From an uncultured virus (IMG/VR IMGVR_UViG_3300018050_001510) (Duplodnaviria; Heunggongvirae; Uroviricota; Caudoviricetes), in IMG/VR virus record IMGVR_UViG_3300018050_001510: DNA of 64,000 nucleotides. One strand, 5' to 3'. Below the pieces are notes generated by a model. It saw only the letters and a program-made list of their open reading frames with translations, searched no databases and was not told where the DNA came from. Positions 16,924 to 27,500 of this stretch are shown here, one piece after another (the first letter of the stretch is position 1; each line of letters starts with the position of its first letter). A program made the position numbers and the translations under genes.

Positions 16924-19098
16924 TTATGGCGCAGTTGTTACGATTACTATTGTGGCTTTTGTTATTGTTGTAGCAGAGTCAACATTAAATACAATGACAT
17001 CATTTGCAACTAAAGCCGTTGTCCAAGTTGACAATGATAAATCTGAATTATATTGAGAAGATGAAAGTGTTGGTTTTTCTGTGCCTGTAATAGTATTAGC
17101 CACAGTTGGGATGGAAGCATTTGCTCTCCAAACATCAACTACTATTGAGCCCGATGGCGCACCAACCACATACCATCCCGTTATAGTTCTTGCATTGGGA
17201 ACTACTATATAACCTTTCACGCCTGTTGTAATAGCAGAACCGCCTCCGTCAATAGTTATTCCAATTGTTCCAGTTACACTACTGATTGGCGTATATCCTA
17301 ATATTGTAGGTATAGATGCTGTTTTCCATTGTGTAGGAGAAACTGTATTATCATACCATAATGTGTCTTTTAAAGCAGGAGTTTGAGCTTGTACATTATG
17401 AAGCTCATCTAATTCATATCCATTTTGAACCCTTACGTATAATCTTCCCGCACTACCATTACTGGCCGTTGTGACAAATCCCAAATAAACCAAATGATTT
17501 GGGGCGGATGGTTTGACATTCGTAATTGTTCCAGCGGTTGCCCCTAAGTAAACAGGATCGCCATCACTCCACGTTGCCGTTGGTAATATACTTAACCCGT
17601 CTAACAAACCTTGCATCATTATCAATCCCTTTTGATTTGTTGCAATTGATGTTGATAGCACAAAACCTACTGTTTGAGCAGATGTTGCATCCGATGTGTT
17701 AAATGCTCTCTTAACAGTCATTCTATCACCTGTTCCACCAAATGCATATACAGGTTGTCCTTTCGTAATTGTTACGGAATCATCATTGGTAACGTAAGCA
17801 AACAAACTATTTGGAGCAGTTCCAATAACTTGAAATCTATTTGTTGTTGAATTATATACACAAAGCATTTCGCCTCCTGAAATAATATCACCACCTATTA
17901 ATTGCCCATCATTGTTTCTGTATAATGTAATAGCACCAAGTGAATTAATATTTAAAGTACATCCTGTTGTATTTCCATTGGTAAACCTAATTAGATAGGC
18001 ATCACCATCTGCGTAAGAAGTAACCCCAGTAATTGTCGTAGTGTAGGTATCTGTCCCCGAAGCTGTACCGTGCAATATTCCTCCAGTAGCAACCAATGGA
18101 TTTCCCGAAGTACCATCTCCTGTAACTGTAGTTCCATCTACATTAACTCCATTAAATTCTATTACGGGATTTACGGGATCTGTATTGTCAACCGTTACCA
18201 CTCCATTACCATCATCAGTAACTGAGTTGACTGAACCTCCACCACTAACGGAAACTAATGGGTTTCCGGCAGTACCGTCACCCGTAATGGTTACTCCATC
18301 TACTGCAACAGGGTTATAATATTGAACCCAAATAGCAGCGGCAGTTGTTGAGTCCGTACAAATGTAAATGATCCCGCTATCTAAAGTCCATAAACTCCCT
18401 ACATAATAACCTTTAGTTAAGTCATCGTTTGAACTTGGTAGTGTAGTAAAATTATGCAATGAATGTCTTATTAAAAGTCCATTACCATCCATCACATATA
18501 ATCGCCCAGCTTCCCATTTTAACTCATAACCTACTGCACAAATCTGCGCAATACCTTTTGACCCACCAAACCCAGCATCAATTGTTCCTTCTCTTAGTCG
18601 TGAAGCATTATCTAATAAAACGCCTCCACCAGCACCAAAAATTACTTCAGCATTACTTATTAATTGAATATCATTTGTTGTTGTATTCCCTAAATCTGTT
18701 ACATCTTGCAAATCTCCACCTCCAACAGAAATCAAAGGATTGCCTGGCGTTCCATCTCCTATAATGGTTACGCCATCAACAGAAATTTCAACTACGGGAT
18801 TTAAGGGATCGGTATTATTTGTATTTAAACCTGTAACTGATTCAACACTTCCAACTTCTAAATTACCAGAACCTAAAATGGAATCTCCATTTATAGTTTT
18901 GATATTTGTACCAGAAATAAGTTTATCTTGTTTATTTGCTAATTGATTTGGCCCAAGACTTTTTAAAAGTAATCTTCTTTCTCTCGTTCCTACATACAAA
19001 TCACCAGTTAATTCATTTATATACTGATCGTCAGGAATAGCTAATTTGTGATAATTTATCCTATCTAATGATTCTTTTGTGTGATAAGTAATTTTCAT
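16924..19098 (-). CDS. tail fibre / receptor-binding protein
   Basis: KQDKLISGTNIKTING, three VDGxTxxGDGTxGNPL repeats, NGYELDELHNV, IDGGGSAITTGVKG modules. Confidence 0.8.
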   Translation of the reverse strand: MKITYHTKESLDRINYHKLAIPDDQYINELTGDLYVGTRERRLLLKSLGPNQLANKQDKLISGTNIKTINGDSILGSGNLEVGSVESVTGLNTNNTDPLNPVVEISVDGVTIIGDGTPGNPLISVGGGDLQDVTDLGNTTTNDIQLISNAEVIFGAGGGVLLDNASRLREGTIDAGFGGSKGIAQICAVGYELKWEAGRLYVMDGNGLLIRHSLHNFTTLPSSNDDLTKGYYVGSLWTLDSGIIYICTDSTTAAAIWVQYYNPVAVDGVTITGDGTAGNPLVSVSGGGSVNSVTDDGNGVVTVDNTDPVNPVIEFNGVNVDGTTVTGDGTSGNPLVATGGILHGTASGTDTYTTTITGVTSYADGDAYLIRFTNGNTTGCTLNINSLGAITLYRNNDGQLIGGDIISGGEMLCVYNSTTNRFQVIGTAPNSLFAYVTNDDSVTITKGQPVYAFGGTGDRMTVKRAFNTSDATSAQTVGFVLSTSIATNQKGLIMMQGLLDGLSILPTATWSDGDPVYLGATAGTITNVKPSAPNHLVYLGFVTTASNGSAGRLYVRVQNGYELDELHNVQAQTPALKDTLWYDNTVSPTQWKTASIPTILGYTPISSVTGTIGITIDGGGSAITTGVKGYIVVPNARTITGWYVVGAPSGSIVVDVWRANASIPTVANTITGTEKPTLSSSQYNSDLSLSTWTTALVANDVIVFNVDSATTITKATIVIVTTAP

Positions 19099-19187
19099 TC
19101 ATTACAAAATTATTGTTGAATTTAAAAACAAAAATTACTTGTATTTAAAATAATATTAATTAAATATATTAACATAATTTTATTTAA

Positions 19188-19631
19188 TTAATTGTAAATT
19201 CGAATTTCTATTGATGTACTATTCAGTAATCCATTAGTTTTTACTCCTAAATTATCAGTAGTTCCTATATTAATTTGATTTTCATCGTCTCTTTGAAATC
19301 CTATTATTGATGTTGGAAGTATATATGCAAAAAGATAAGTTTTATCTTCTATAAAAGCATTAGTTAATGTTGCAAAATATACACCAATACTATGATAAGT
19401 CCAAACAATATCCCCAATAGTATTTTCTAAAACAACAGCTGTTGGCGCATCTATTCCTGACTGAGTTAATAAAGCAGTATATACTTTATATGGTCTAATA
19501 ACTTCTTGAACAACATCTGTTGCTAAAAAATCTGCAACTGAAACACAAAATCTTTGTTCAGGATTATTAGGATTTGCAATTTGAATAAATTGTGATCCAT
19601 CAACATTTTTAAGTGTAAGTATTCTTCTCAT
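19188..19631 (-). CDS. structural protein, paralog of 19648-20106 (ATG 19631; track uses TTG 19637)
   Basis: YKVYTALLTQSG..APTA..LENTIG...IEIRIYN. Confidence 0.75.
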   Translation of the reverse strand: MRRILTLKNVDGSQFIQIANPNNPEQRFCVSVADFLATDVVQEVIRPYKVYTALLTQSGIDAPTAVVLENTIGDIVWTYHSIGVYFATLTNAFIEDKTYLFAYILPTSIIGFQRDDENQINIGTTDNLGVKTNGLLNSTSIEIRIYN

Positions 19632-19647
19632 GAACAAATTTATTTAA

Positions 19648-20106
19648 TTAATTATATATTCTTATTTCGATTGGATAATTAGACAATAGACTATCTTCAG
19701 GTGTATAAGCAATTGAAGGGGAATATCCTACAACAGAAGTGCTAACTTCAAATGAATCGGAATTTTTCCACTCTACAGCTATAAATTTTTGAGCTTCAAC
19801 CATACTTTTATAATTTAGTGTAAAGAATTTATCTAAATTAGGAAATGCTCCAACTAATGTTGCTCTATATACTCCAGGACTTGTTGCTATCCAAACAATA
19901 TTTCCAATAGTGTTTTCTAATATTTTTGCAGTTGGTGCATTACCTTTACCTGATTGACTTAATAAAGCAGTATACACTTTATATGGAGTAGTAGATTCTA
20001 AAAAATTTTCAACGGAAATAGCAAATCTTTGTGTAGGATTATTAGGATTAGAAATTTCAATTAATCTTGATTCATTAATTTCATTAAGTATAAGTATTCT
20101 ATTCAT
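19648..20106 (-). CDS. structural protein, paralog of 19188-19631
   Basis: YKVYTALLSQSG..APTA..LENTIG...IEIRIYN. Confidence 0.75.
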   Translation of the reverse strand: MNRILILNEINESRLIEISNPNNPTQRFAISVENFLESTTPYKVYTALLSQSGKGNAPTAKILENTIGNIVWIATSPGVYRATLVGAFPNLDKFFTLNYKSMVEAQKFIAVEWKNSDSFEVSTSVVGYSPSIAYTPEDSLLSNYPIEIRIYN

Positions 20107-20115
20107 AAAACAAAT

Positions 20116-20934
20116 TTATTTAATTCTTATAATTCCGATATTTCCCTTTTTTAATGAACGTGTTCTTTCACACCATTCAAATCCTTCAGCACTTCCTTCG
20201 TCATTTGTATTACCTTCAATAGTATCAATAGTTGACATTTTATCAAAAGAAAAATCAGTAATACATCCAACATGAGAATATTTAAACTTTCCATTTGGAG
20301 TACATACAATAAACAAATCACCCTTATCAAATGCTCTCATTTCTACTTCTATTGGATCAATCCATCTTCCAGTACGTTTTGCTTCAATAACCATATCAGG
20401 AACACTCCAAGACCAAGGAACAATATTTCCAACAACAAGACCACGCTTCTCCATTCTTTCCTTTTCTAAATGATAACAAGTAGAAACAGAACCAGCACAC
20501 CATGCCGCCCAATCACCATCATGTCCATGCATAAAAGCACGAACCCAAGGGCCACAATTTTGTCCTAATTCCCTAGGCGAAAAATCTAACATCAACTTCA
20601 TCCTAGCTAAAGCCATAACACGAATATCATTCGACAAAGGAATCTCTGTATTAAAAGCTAACTCCATTGGTTGAACTAAACTTTTCCAAGTTAATTCATC
20701 ACATTCACCAGTAGCTTTTAATCCTGACTCTTCTTGAAAAATCATCAACGCTTTTTTAGTAATACCACCAAAATCTTGATCTACTTCAATCTTTATCTTA
20801 ATACCTTTATAATAACGATGAAGATTAATCCATTCTTGAATTCTTTTTACTGCCATTTTATTAGTTGAACCCTGAGCAATAAGTCCAGGAAATTCAACCT
20901 CTATTAAATAGTGTTCATTTTTACTATTCATCAT
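20116..20934 (-). CDS. endolysin: peptidoglycan-binding domain + CHAP amidase/peptidase
   Basis: VDQDFGGITKKALxxFQ...GLxATG; AWCAGSVS, SHVG, TIEGNTN. Confidence 0.88.
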   Translation of the reverse strand: MMNSKNEHYLIEVEFPGLIAQGSTNKMAVKRIQEWINLHRYYKGIKIKIEVDQDFGGITKKALMIFQEESGLKATGECDELTWKSLVQPMELAFNTEIPLSNDIRVMALARMKLMLDFSPRELGQNCGPWVRAFMHGHDGDWAAWCAGSVSTCYHLEKERMEKRGLVVGNIVPWSWSVPDMVIEAKRTGRWIDPIEVEMRAFDKGDLFIVCTPNGKFKYSHVGCITDFSFDKMSTIDTIEGNTNDEGSAEGFEWCERTRSLKKGNIGIIRIK

Positions 20935-21081
20935 TTATTTTTTATTTTTTTTCATTATTTTTTTTTCACGATTTTCTTCTTTTTTACTTTCAGTTTTTTC
21001 GTGTTTTTTCATAGCAGTTTTTGTAGAATATCTTTCTTCTGCTTTTGTTCCTTTATATTCAATAATTTTTTTCTTTGCCAT
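20935..21081 (-). CDS. 48-aa Lys/Glu-rich protein (MAKKKIIEY...AMKKHEKTESKK...), not in ORF track
   Basis: manual translation; stop abuts the endolysin start. Confidence 0.65.
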   Translation of the reverse strand: MAKKKIIEYKGTKAEERYSTKTAMKKHEKTESKKEENREKKIMKKNKK

Positions 21082-21135
21082 AACTATTTTTTTTTATTTA
21101 ATACAATATTATTATATTCTTTAACTTTTTTAGAT

Positions 21136-21720
21136 TTATTGAACAAAAAATTTAGCAATTAAATCTAATCCTTTAAAATTTTGTGGATTAATATAAACTT
21201 TTAAATAATCCGATTTTGGAACTTTATTAATTTGAAGAAAATTTAATTGTTCTAAAGCTTCTTTTAATTCATTTGAACAAATCTGTTCTTTACCATCAAG
21301 GTAAACAAACTTTTTTTGTTTTTGAGGAACCATTCCTTCTGGAGCATCAACAGGTAAAGCAATTTCAAATTCTTCAATAATATTATTTCCTTTTTCGTCT
21401 TTTGCAACATACTTGTTTATAATATCATTTCTAAGTTTATCAGCTTTATTAATAAGCTCACTTAATGAACGACCAATACCCATAAACTTAGCATGCGTTT
21501 TTGTTTCAATACTTGTAATACTTGCAAGATAATCATCAAGCAAATTAAGACAGTTATAAGCTGTGCCAAAAGATATATTACAATCTTTAATTTCACGAGC
21601 AATTTTATCCATTGGATTTTCCACTGGAGTATTCATTTTTACAACTGGAGTTTCCTCAACAGTTTTTTTAGCTACTTCTAAAGTCGCAGCAACTTCCTCT
21701 TTTTCATTTACTTTTTCCAT
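21136..21720 (-). CDS. hypothetical protein
   Basis: ORF track. Confidence 0.75.
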   Translation of the reverse strand: MEKVNEKEEVAATLEVAKKTVEETPVVKMNTPVENPMDKIAREIKDCNISFGTAYNCLNLLDDYLASITSIETKTHAKFMGIGRSLSELINKADKLRNDIINKYVAKDEKGNNIIEEFEIALPVDAPEGMVPQKQKKFVYLDGKEQICSNELKEALEQLNFLQINKVPKSDYLKVYINPQNFKGLDLIAKFFVQ

Positions 21721-21726
21721 TGTTTA

Positions 21727-22389
21727 TTATAATTTAATCGCATTTATATTATATCCAAAAACAGTAACAATATTACTAAAAGCAGATACTTTAATTACTA
21801 ATGTTTCACCAGCAATTAAATCTAAAATTAACGAACCACTACCATTAGCATATTGAGAAGTTTCAGTATTAGCAGAACCATTAGAACCTCTTCCTGAACC
21901 ATAATCAACAGGAGTACCAGAAGTTTTTCTAATTAATCCTCTAAATTCAGCAGTACCATCTAGTGTTACATTAATATTCCAATTAATCAAATACTTTCCA
22001 TCTACAACAACAGTTAATAATCCGAAATTAGCAGTATTACTAGCAGCAATACTACCACCTTCTTCAACATTAGCATAATCTTCAAGAAAAACATCAGCAT
22101 CTAATGCTTCATTAATTTCAATTATACTGTCATTAATTTCAGTTATACTTATAGCAATACCTTCAAGTAATGAATCATTTTCACATAATGCTGTAGCATG
22201 AGCAAGAATAATATCATTTAATAAATTACCCGTTGACAAGTTTAATGCAGTATTGTTTTCACAAATAAATTCTATTCCATCATATTTAATGTTTCCAGTA
22301 AAATGAGGATCACAATAATTCTCAACAATAGTTCTTGCTTTTATTTTTTTGCAGTCATTACAATTACCGCCACACTTACAAGCTCCCAT
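21727..22389 (-). CDS. Cys-rich structural protein with coiled coil and C1q/BclA-C-like jelly-roll end
   Basis: DGKYLINWNI...ILDLIAGETLVIKV; N-terminal CxCxxxCxxC. Confidence 0.65.
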   Translation of the reverse strand: MGACKCGGNCNDCKKIKARTIVENYCDPHFTGNIKYDGIEFICENNTALNLSTGNLLNDIILAHATALCENDSLLEGIAISITEINDSIIEINEALDADVFLEDYANVEEGGSIAASNTANFGLLTVVVDGKYLINWNINVTLDGTAEFRGLIRKTSGTPVDYGSGRGSNGSANTETSQYANGSGSLILDLIAGETLVIKVSAFSNIVTVFGYNINAIKL

Positions 22390-22390
22390 A

Positions 22391-22975
22391 TTATATAGCT
22401 TTTTTAATTATTTTTATAACTCCATTATTAAACGTGGCTCCACCAACACGATATCCATAAACAGCAATAACATCACCATCTGCACAAATAATTTCACTTA
22501 CTAATAATGACATATTTACACTTAAATCATCAGTAGCCGAAACATTTTTAGCAACTCTTTCTGTTGCAGCAGAAATAGCTGTACCATTTTTTCGAACATT
22601 AATTTTTAATTCTGCAGAAGTTCCACCTGATAATGGTAATACACCATTAACCATATACCAAACTTCAAATGTTCCAGAACCATTTATTGGAACTGTATAA
22701 GTAGTATTTGGCATAACAGCAGCTGGATTGCCACCCGCAGAGCCAGATAATGCATCAACTGCATAAAGCACCTCTCTACTTAAACCACACATTGTACCAA
22801 ACATTGTTGCTAAAATATCATTTAAACTATCACATTCTCTTGCATAAACATCAGTTCCGCAAGTAAATTTAGTTCCATCAAATTTTATGTCTGAAGTGAA
22901 AATATTTTCACCTTCTCCACAACAATTAGAGTCTTTTTTAACTCCACTACTTGAACCACAACTAACACAACCCAT
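22391..22975 (-). CDS. Cys-rich structural protein, paralog of 21727-22389
   Basis: shared IK(F/Y)DGxxFxC...LNDI(L/I) motif. Confidence 0.65.
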   Translation of the reverse strand: MGCVSCGSSSGVKKDSNCCGEGENIFTSDIKFDGTKFTCGTDVYARECDSLNDILATMFGTMCGLSREVLYAVDALSGSAGGNPAAVMPNTTYTVPINGSGTFEVWYMVNGVLPLSGGTSAELKINVRKNGTAISAATERVAKNVSATDDLSVNMSLLVSEIICADGDVIAVYGYRVGGATFNNGVIKIIKKAI

Positions 22976-22976
22976 A

Positions 22977-23636
22977 TTAACAAGATTTAATTTTATTTAA
23001 AGCACAATTTACATTTTCTACTTCTGAACAAGATAAAGAAAAATTATTTAACAAATAAACATAATGGTCAACCATTAACATATCATCAATTTTTTGACGA
23101 ACATCACGACCAATTTCTTCCCATGCAATTACAACACAACCAATATTTGTAAGCAAATCTTTTGCTTCAGAAAGAACATTGCTTTGTAAGGAAGGGCAAC
23201 AATCTAATTCTAAATAACAAGTCATATCTCCAGTAAGAGTCCATTCTAAAGAATTACCTGTAAAAGTAACTGACATATTAAAATAAACTTTATACTCACC
23301 TGGACCAAAACTTCTTGTATCAATTACAACACGAATACCCTTTACTAAAACAGTTGAAGCCACAACCTCTTTCCAACGGTCACAACATTTTTTATAAATA
23401 GTATAATTAATTGTATAAGAATCATTTGGAGTATCTAAAGCAATTTCACTAAGTTCAGTAAAATCAGTAATAATAATTGAATTACAATCTTTAGATTTTA
23501 ACATTACACGAGGTTTCATTCTCTGCCAAAAAAAAGGATTTTTAACTCCTGTTGTTATGGTATAACGAGAACTTAATCCTGCCAAAGCAAAATAAGAATT
23601 AACCGGTGTATTATCTATAGTATATATCATTAGCAA
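22977..23636 (-). CDS. Cys-rich putative virion protein
   Basis: ORF track; located in the late operon. Confidence 0.65.
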   Translation of the reverse strand: MLMIYTIDNTPVNSYFALAGLSSRYTITTGVKNPFFWQRMKPRVMLKSKDCNSIIITDFTELSEIALDTPNDSYTINYTIYKKCCDRWKEVVASTVLVKGIRVVIDTRSFGPGEYKVYFNMSVTFTGNSLEWTLTGDMTCYLELDCCPSLQSNVLSEAKDLLTNIGCVVIAWEEIGRDVRQKIDDMLMVDHYVYLLNNFSLSCSEVENVNCALNKIKSC

Positions 23637-24544
23637 TCAATACAAAATCCAGTACATAAATCAGCAGCATCTTTTATTGTGTCATTTGCACAGGTATAAT
23701 CACCTTCTAAAAACATTTCATTTGCAGCATCAATTTTGTTTCTAACATTAGCAATACGAATAGCTAAATCTTTATCCTGACAAGGACAATCTTTAGCAAC
23801 TTTTAATAATAAAGCTTTAAAACAATTACGAACATTACAATCAAAAAAGAATTGCTTTGTTCTACGAGTAATTTCACCTGCTACTCCATAAATAATATAC
23901 GTTAATGAATAAACACCATCTGGCCATTTAGGATATCCAGTAGGACAAGTATTTCCATATAAATCTTGAAGAACCCAAGTATAACAACTAGCACAATCAT
24001 CTCCAGTACCAGAAGTAACAGTAAAAATAGTTTGATCAGCAGTAACATCACCACTAACATAAATGTCAATCATTTTGTTATTGTTAAAAGTACCACCTTT
24101 AGTTGCTTGAATACGAACTTCTAAAGTATCTTCATTTAAAAAAGCAAACCATCCAGTATACCACGCTTTTGAATTAATATCATCAACAAGAAATCTACTT
24201 AAATCTAATGAATTATATCCACTTGAAACATAAGCAGAACCAATGTTTAAACCATCTACTTTTACAAATATACCACCTACAGTTCCAGTAAGAATAGTAA
24301 ATAAACCATAAGCAGGTTGTGATAAAACAAATCCTGGATCTATATTTTGAAAAATAGCACCATCAGGAAATACCCAATGAAATTCAGTTTTTGTAATATC
24401 ATATAATGTAGTATTTGTACCAACACCATAACCATCACAACAATTCGCAAGACACGATGGATCGATTATACAAGTAGTATCACAAAACTCTACTTGGTCA
24501 CAACAAGATCCAATTGCTAATTCAAAATTTAATTCTAAAGCCAT
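23630..24544 (-). CDS. Cys-rich putative tail hub/structural protein
   Basis: PDGVYSLTY motif, helical Cys-rich C-terminus. Confidence 0.65.
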   Translation of the reverse strand: MALELNFELAIGSCCDQVEFCDTTCIIDPSCLANCCDGYGVGTNTTLYDITKTEFHWVFPDGAIFQNIDPGFVLSQPAYGLFTILTGTVGGIFVKVDGLNIGSAYVSSGYNSLDLSRFLVDDINSKAWYTGWFAFLNEDTLEVRIQATKGGTFNNNKMIDIYVSGDVTADQTIFTVTSGTGDDCASCYTWVLQDLYGNTCPTGYPKWPDGVYSLTYIIYGVAGEITRRTKQFFFDCNVRNCFKALLLKVAKDCPCQDKDLAIRIANVRNKIDAANEMFLEGDYTCANDTIKDAADLCTGFCIDC

Positions 24545-24583
24545 ACGACAAATTTATTATTTTAAATGCTCAATTCAACAAAA

Positions 24584-27500
24584 TTAATCTTTTTTTCTTA
24601 TCATAATTGTAGTAACATTTGACTTAGGTTCAAATACTGCTCTGTAAAAATCATTTGCATAATTTAATGGAGTAGCTGGTAATCCAGTAGAATTAGCAAC
24701 AACACCACCCATTTTAAAGAAAGCCTTATCATAATCACCATCATACACATGACCAAGAGCATCAGCGGACCTAGTTACCAACGCTTGAAAAGGATGTTCC
24801 AAATTGGCTGTCCATGGTGCACTATCAATTCTCGATTGAATCATTCTTGATAGTTCACCTAATCCCCAAAATGTACCTAAGTTATTAGTAATTAAAGTCA
24901 TCCTAGCAGAATCAATCATTTCATCTTCATCATCAAACTTACCACGAAGTACACCTGAAAGTAAATCAATAGCCGCTAAAGATAAACCAGTATAAACAAA
25001 TACATTAGTCATTGTTGCAAACATCTTCTTTTTATTTTCTTTTGTAGGATTTACTACAAAACGAATCATATCTTGCATCATAATATTTGCAAGTTTACTT
25101 CTTGGTGAACCAAACATTGTAAAAATACGAGCAAGTGGATTGTTATAAGTTTCTAATTCAGAACGACCCATCTCATTATGAGTAGGCTGAGTCTTTTGAA
25201 ATACTTCTTCAGCCCTTTCTGCTATATGTTGCCAATATTCTTCACTTCCTGGAACAAGTTCAGGATGTAAATCTTCAGTTTCATGCTTTACAGCCTCCCA
25301 AACGGAAGCCATCGTAATGGTATCCATAGTAATGATACCAGCCATCAACCGTTTTTTCGAAATATAAATTTCAGTACCCGGAATTCTTATTTTATCATCA
25401 CCCGATTGTTGATCGTTAAAAGCTTCACCAGCTTCACGATTAATAACACCTAAAGTTCTTCGAGCTAAAGTAGGACTATATTTAAAAATCTCTTTTATAG
25501 ATGGATGATTTTCGTCATATTGCCATTCAACAGGAATCATTGTTTTACCATCTTTAACACCTGTATATTTCAAAGCTTTTATTACACCGCCAGGTTTTAT
25601 CCCAACCATGCCACCGACCTTCCATCCAGCTTTTGCCAAATACTTTGCATCAATAGCAATCTTTGCCGCCATATATGAAAGTGGTTGCTTTAAAAGGACT
25701 GGAATGTTTGCTGACAAAGCCGACACAGCAAGGTTACTAGAAATCTTATTCATCGCATTCTCAAAATTCGATTCACCCTTTGAATTAAAAATAGTTGCCC
25801 CATTTTCTATTCTATTAAGTGTTCCTTCAATCTGGTCAAAATAAATACTCATAGTTTTATCATGAGCGTATTTCTTTTTAAATGTTTCTAAAAGCTTACG
25901 GTTATTGCTTATCTCGAGAGCATGTGTAGCGTAAAGGATTGAACTGTTTTTGTATGCATTAAACACACTAGAAGCATCACCAATAAGAACAGCCTTATCA
26001 CCACCTAAACGAGTTTTAGCAGAAGATAAACCCATTACTTTGGATTGATGTTGCTTTACATTTGAAGCTGCAGAACCAAAACTTACAGGAAAATAATTTG
26101 GCATCTTAGTCAAATCATAACCCATATCTTGAATATACGTTTTATTTACAGCATCATAAATAATATCTGTAGATTGATTTACTGATTCAATAATTTGTTT
26201 CATTACAGGATCAGCTTCAATTGATTCTTTTATAGTAATCAAATCTTCCCTACTTATTTTATAAGCAGTAGCCATACTCACTTCACGTCCAGGAATAGCA
26301 TCATTGAAATACATTCCATGTTTAACTAAAGCATCAGCTGGTGGTGGATTTCCATTTTTATCAGATGTTTGGCGAAGAATAAAATAAATATTTAATAATT
26401 CTTGATTAGTAAGTTTTACCATTTTTGGACCAGAACCATCATCCATCATTATTTCACGACCTACTAACTGGTCAATTTTTTTCTTACCTGAAGATATGTA
26501 ACCCCAATCATCAAAGTTTTTAGGTTTATTGGTAATTATATTTAATTTTTCATCTACAATCTGTAATAATGCATCCATTTTTCTTTGTGCATTATTAAAT
26601 GCTCTAACAAAGAAATTAGTGAAAGCAGTATGTTCACCACCAGACATAAGCATGGATAGTGTTTCCTTGTTTATTTGCAATGCAATTAATGCAGATTCAG
26701 TCCACTTAGCAAAATTTTGTAGCCATTTATACTTTAATTTTTTATATGTTTCAGCCTTCTTTGTTTCGGTAGTTGAAAATTCAGAACCAATAGAATCATC
26801 AACATTTTTACGATCAGTAATCTTTCCTTGATCGGTATAATACGATTGACTAATCTTAGCAGAATAAATCAATCGTTGTTGCATACGAATAAGCATATCG
26901 TAAACTTCAAGTTCTGGACCAGTAAGTTCAATTTCTTTATTGCCTTGTAATTTAAGAATGATATCATTTATTCTTTGGTTATCTAAAACATCAAAATATT
27001 TAATAACATCTTTCATTTCTTCAATAGAAAGACCATCAGCGTTACGATAAATACCATTTATTTTATCTGTTTCTAAAAGGTCAACCATTAATCTACGAGC
27101 TGTTAAACCAAGTAAATGTCTTTTATTAATATCATCAAATGCATCACTTATTGGATCACCTAATTCTTTTGCTATTGAAAGACGAGCCATTTCAGGAGTG
27201 ATTTGATTTGCTTGTTCCTCTTGAAAGTTCCCCATTGTATTAAAAGAACCATTAAAACGGTTTTTAATTTTTTGAACCCAATTTTTAGATTTAGTATTTG
27301 GATTTCCATTAGGAGTAACAGGAGTAGTCATAAAAGAAACTTCTCCAGTACCTACTGATTCAGTTCCTAATCTTTTTCCTTTAGTAAAAGCCTTAGCCAA
27401 ATCCTTTTTGATATTCGGGTGTCCAAATAATGAACGAACCATATCCCAAAACTCACCAAGAAAATTAGTAAAATTATTACTCATCTTCTGACCTAAATAG

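Noticed and set aside
20911..21162. 83-aa poly-Phe + strand ORF resembling a membrane protein
   Set aside because: Reverse complement of the Lys-rich 48-aa - strand gene
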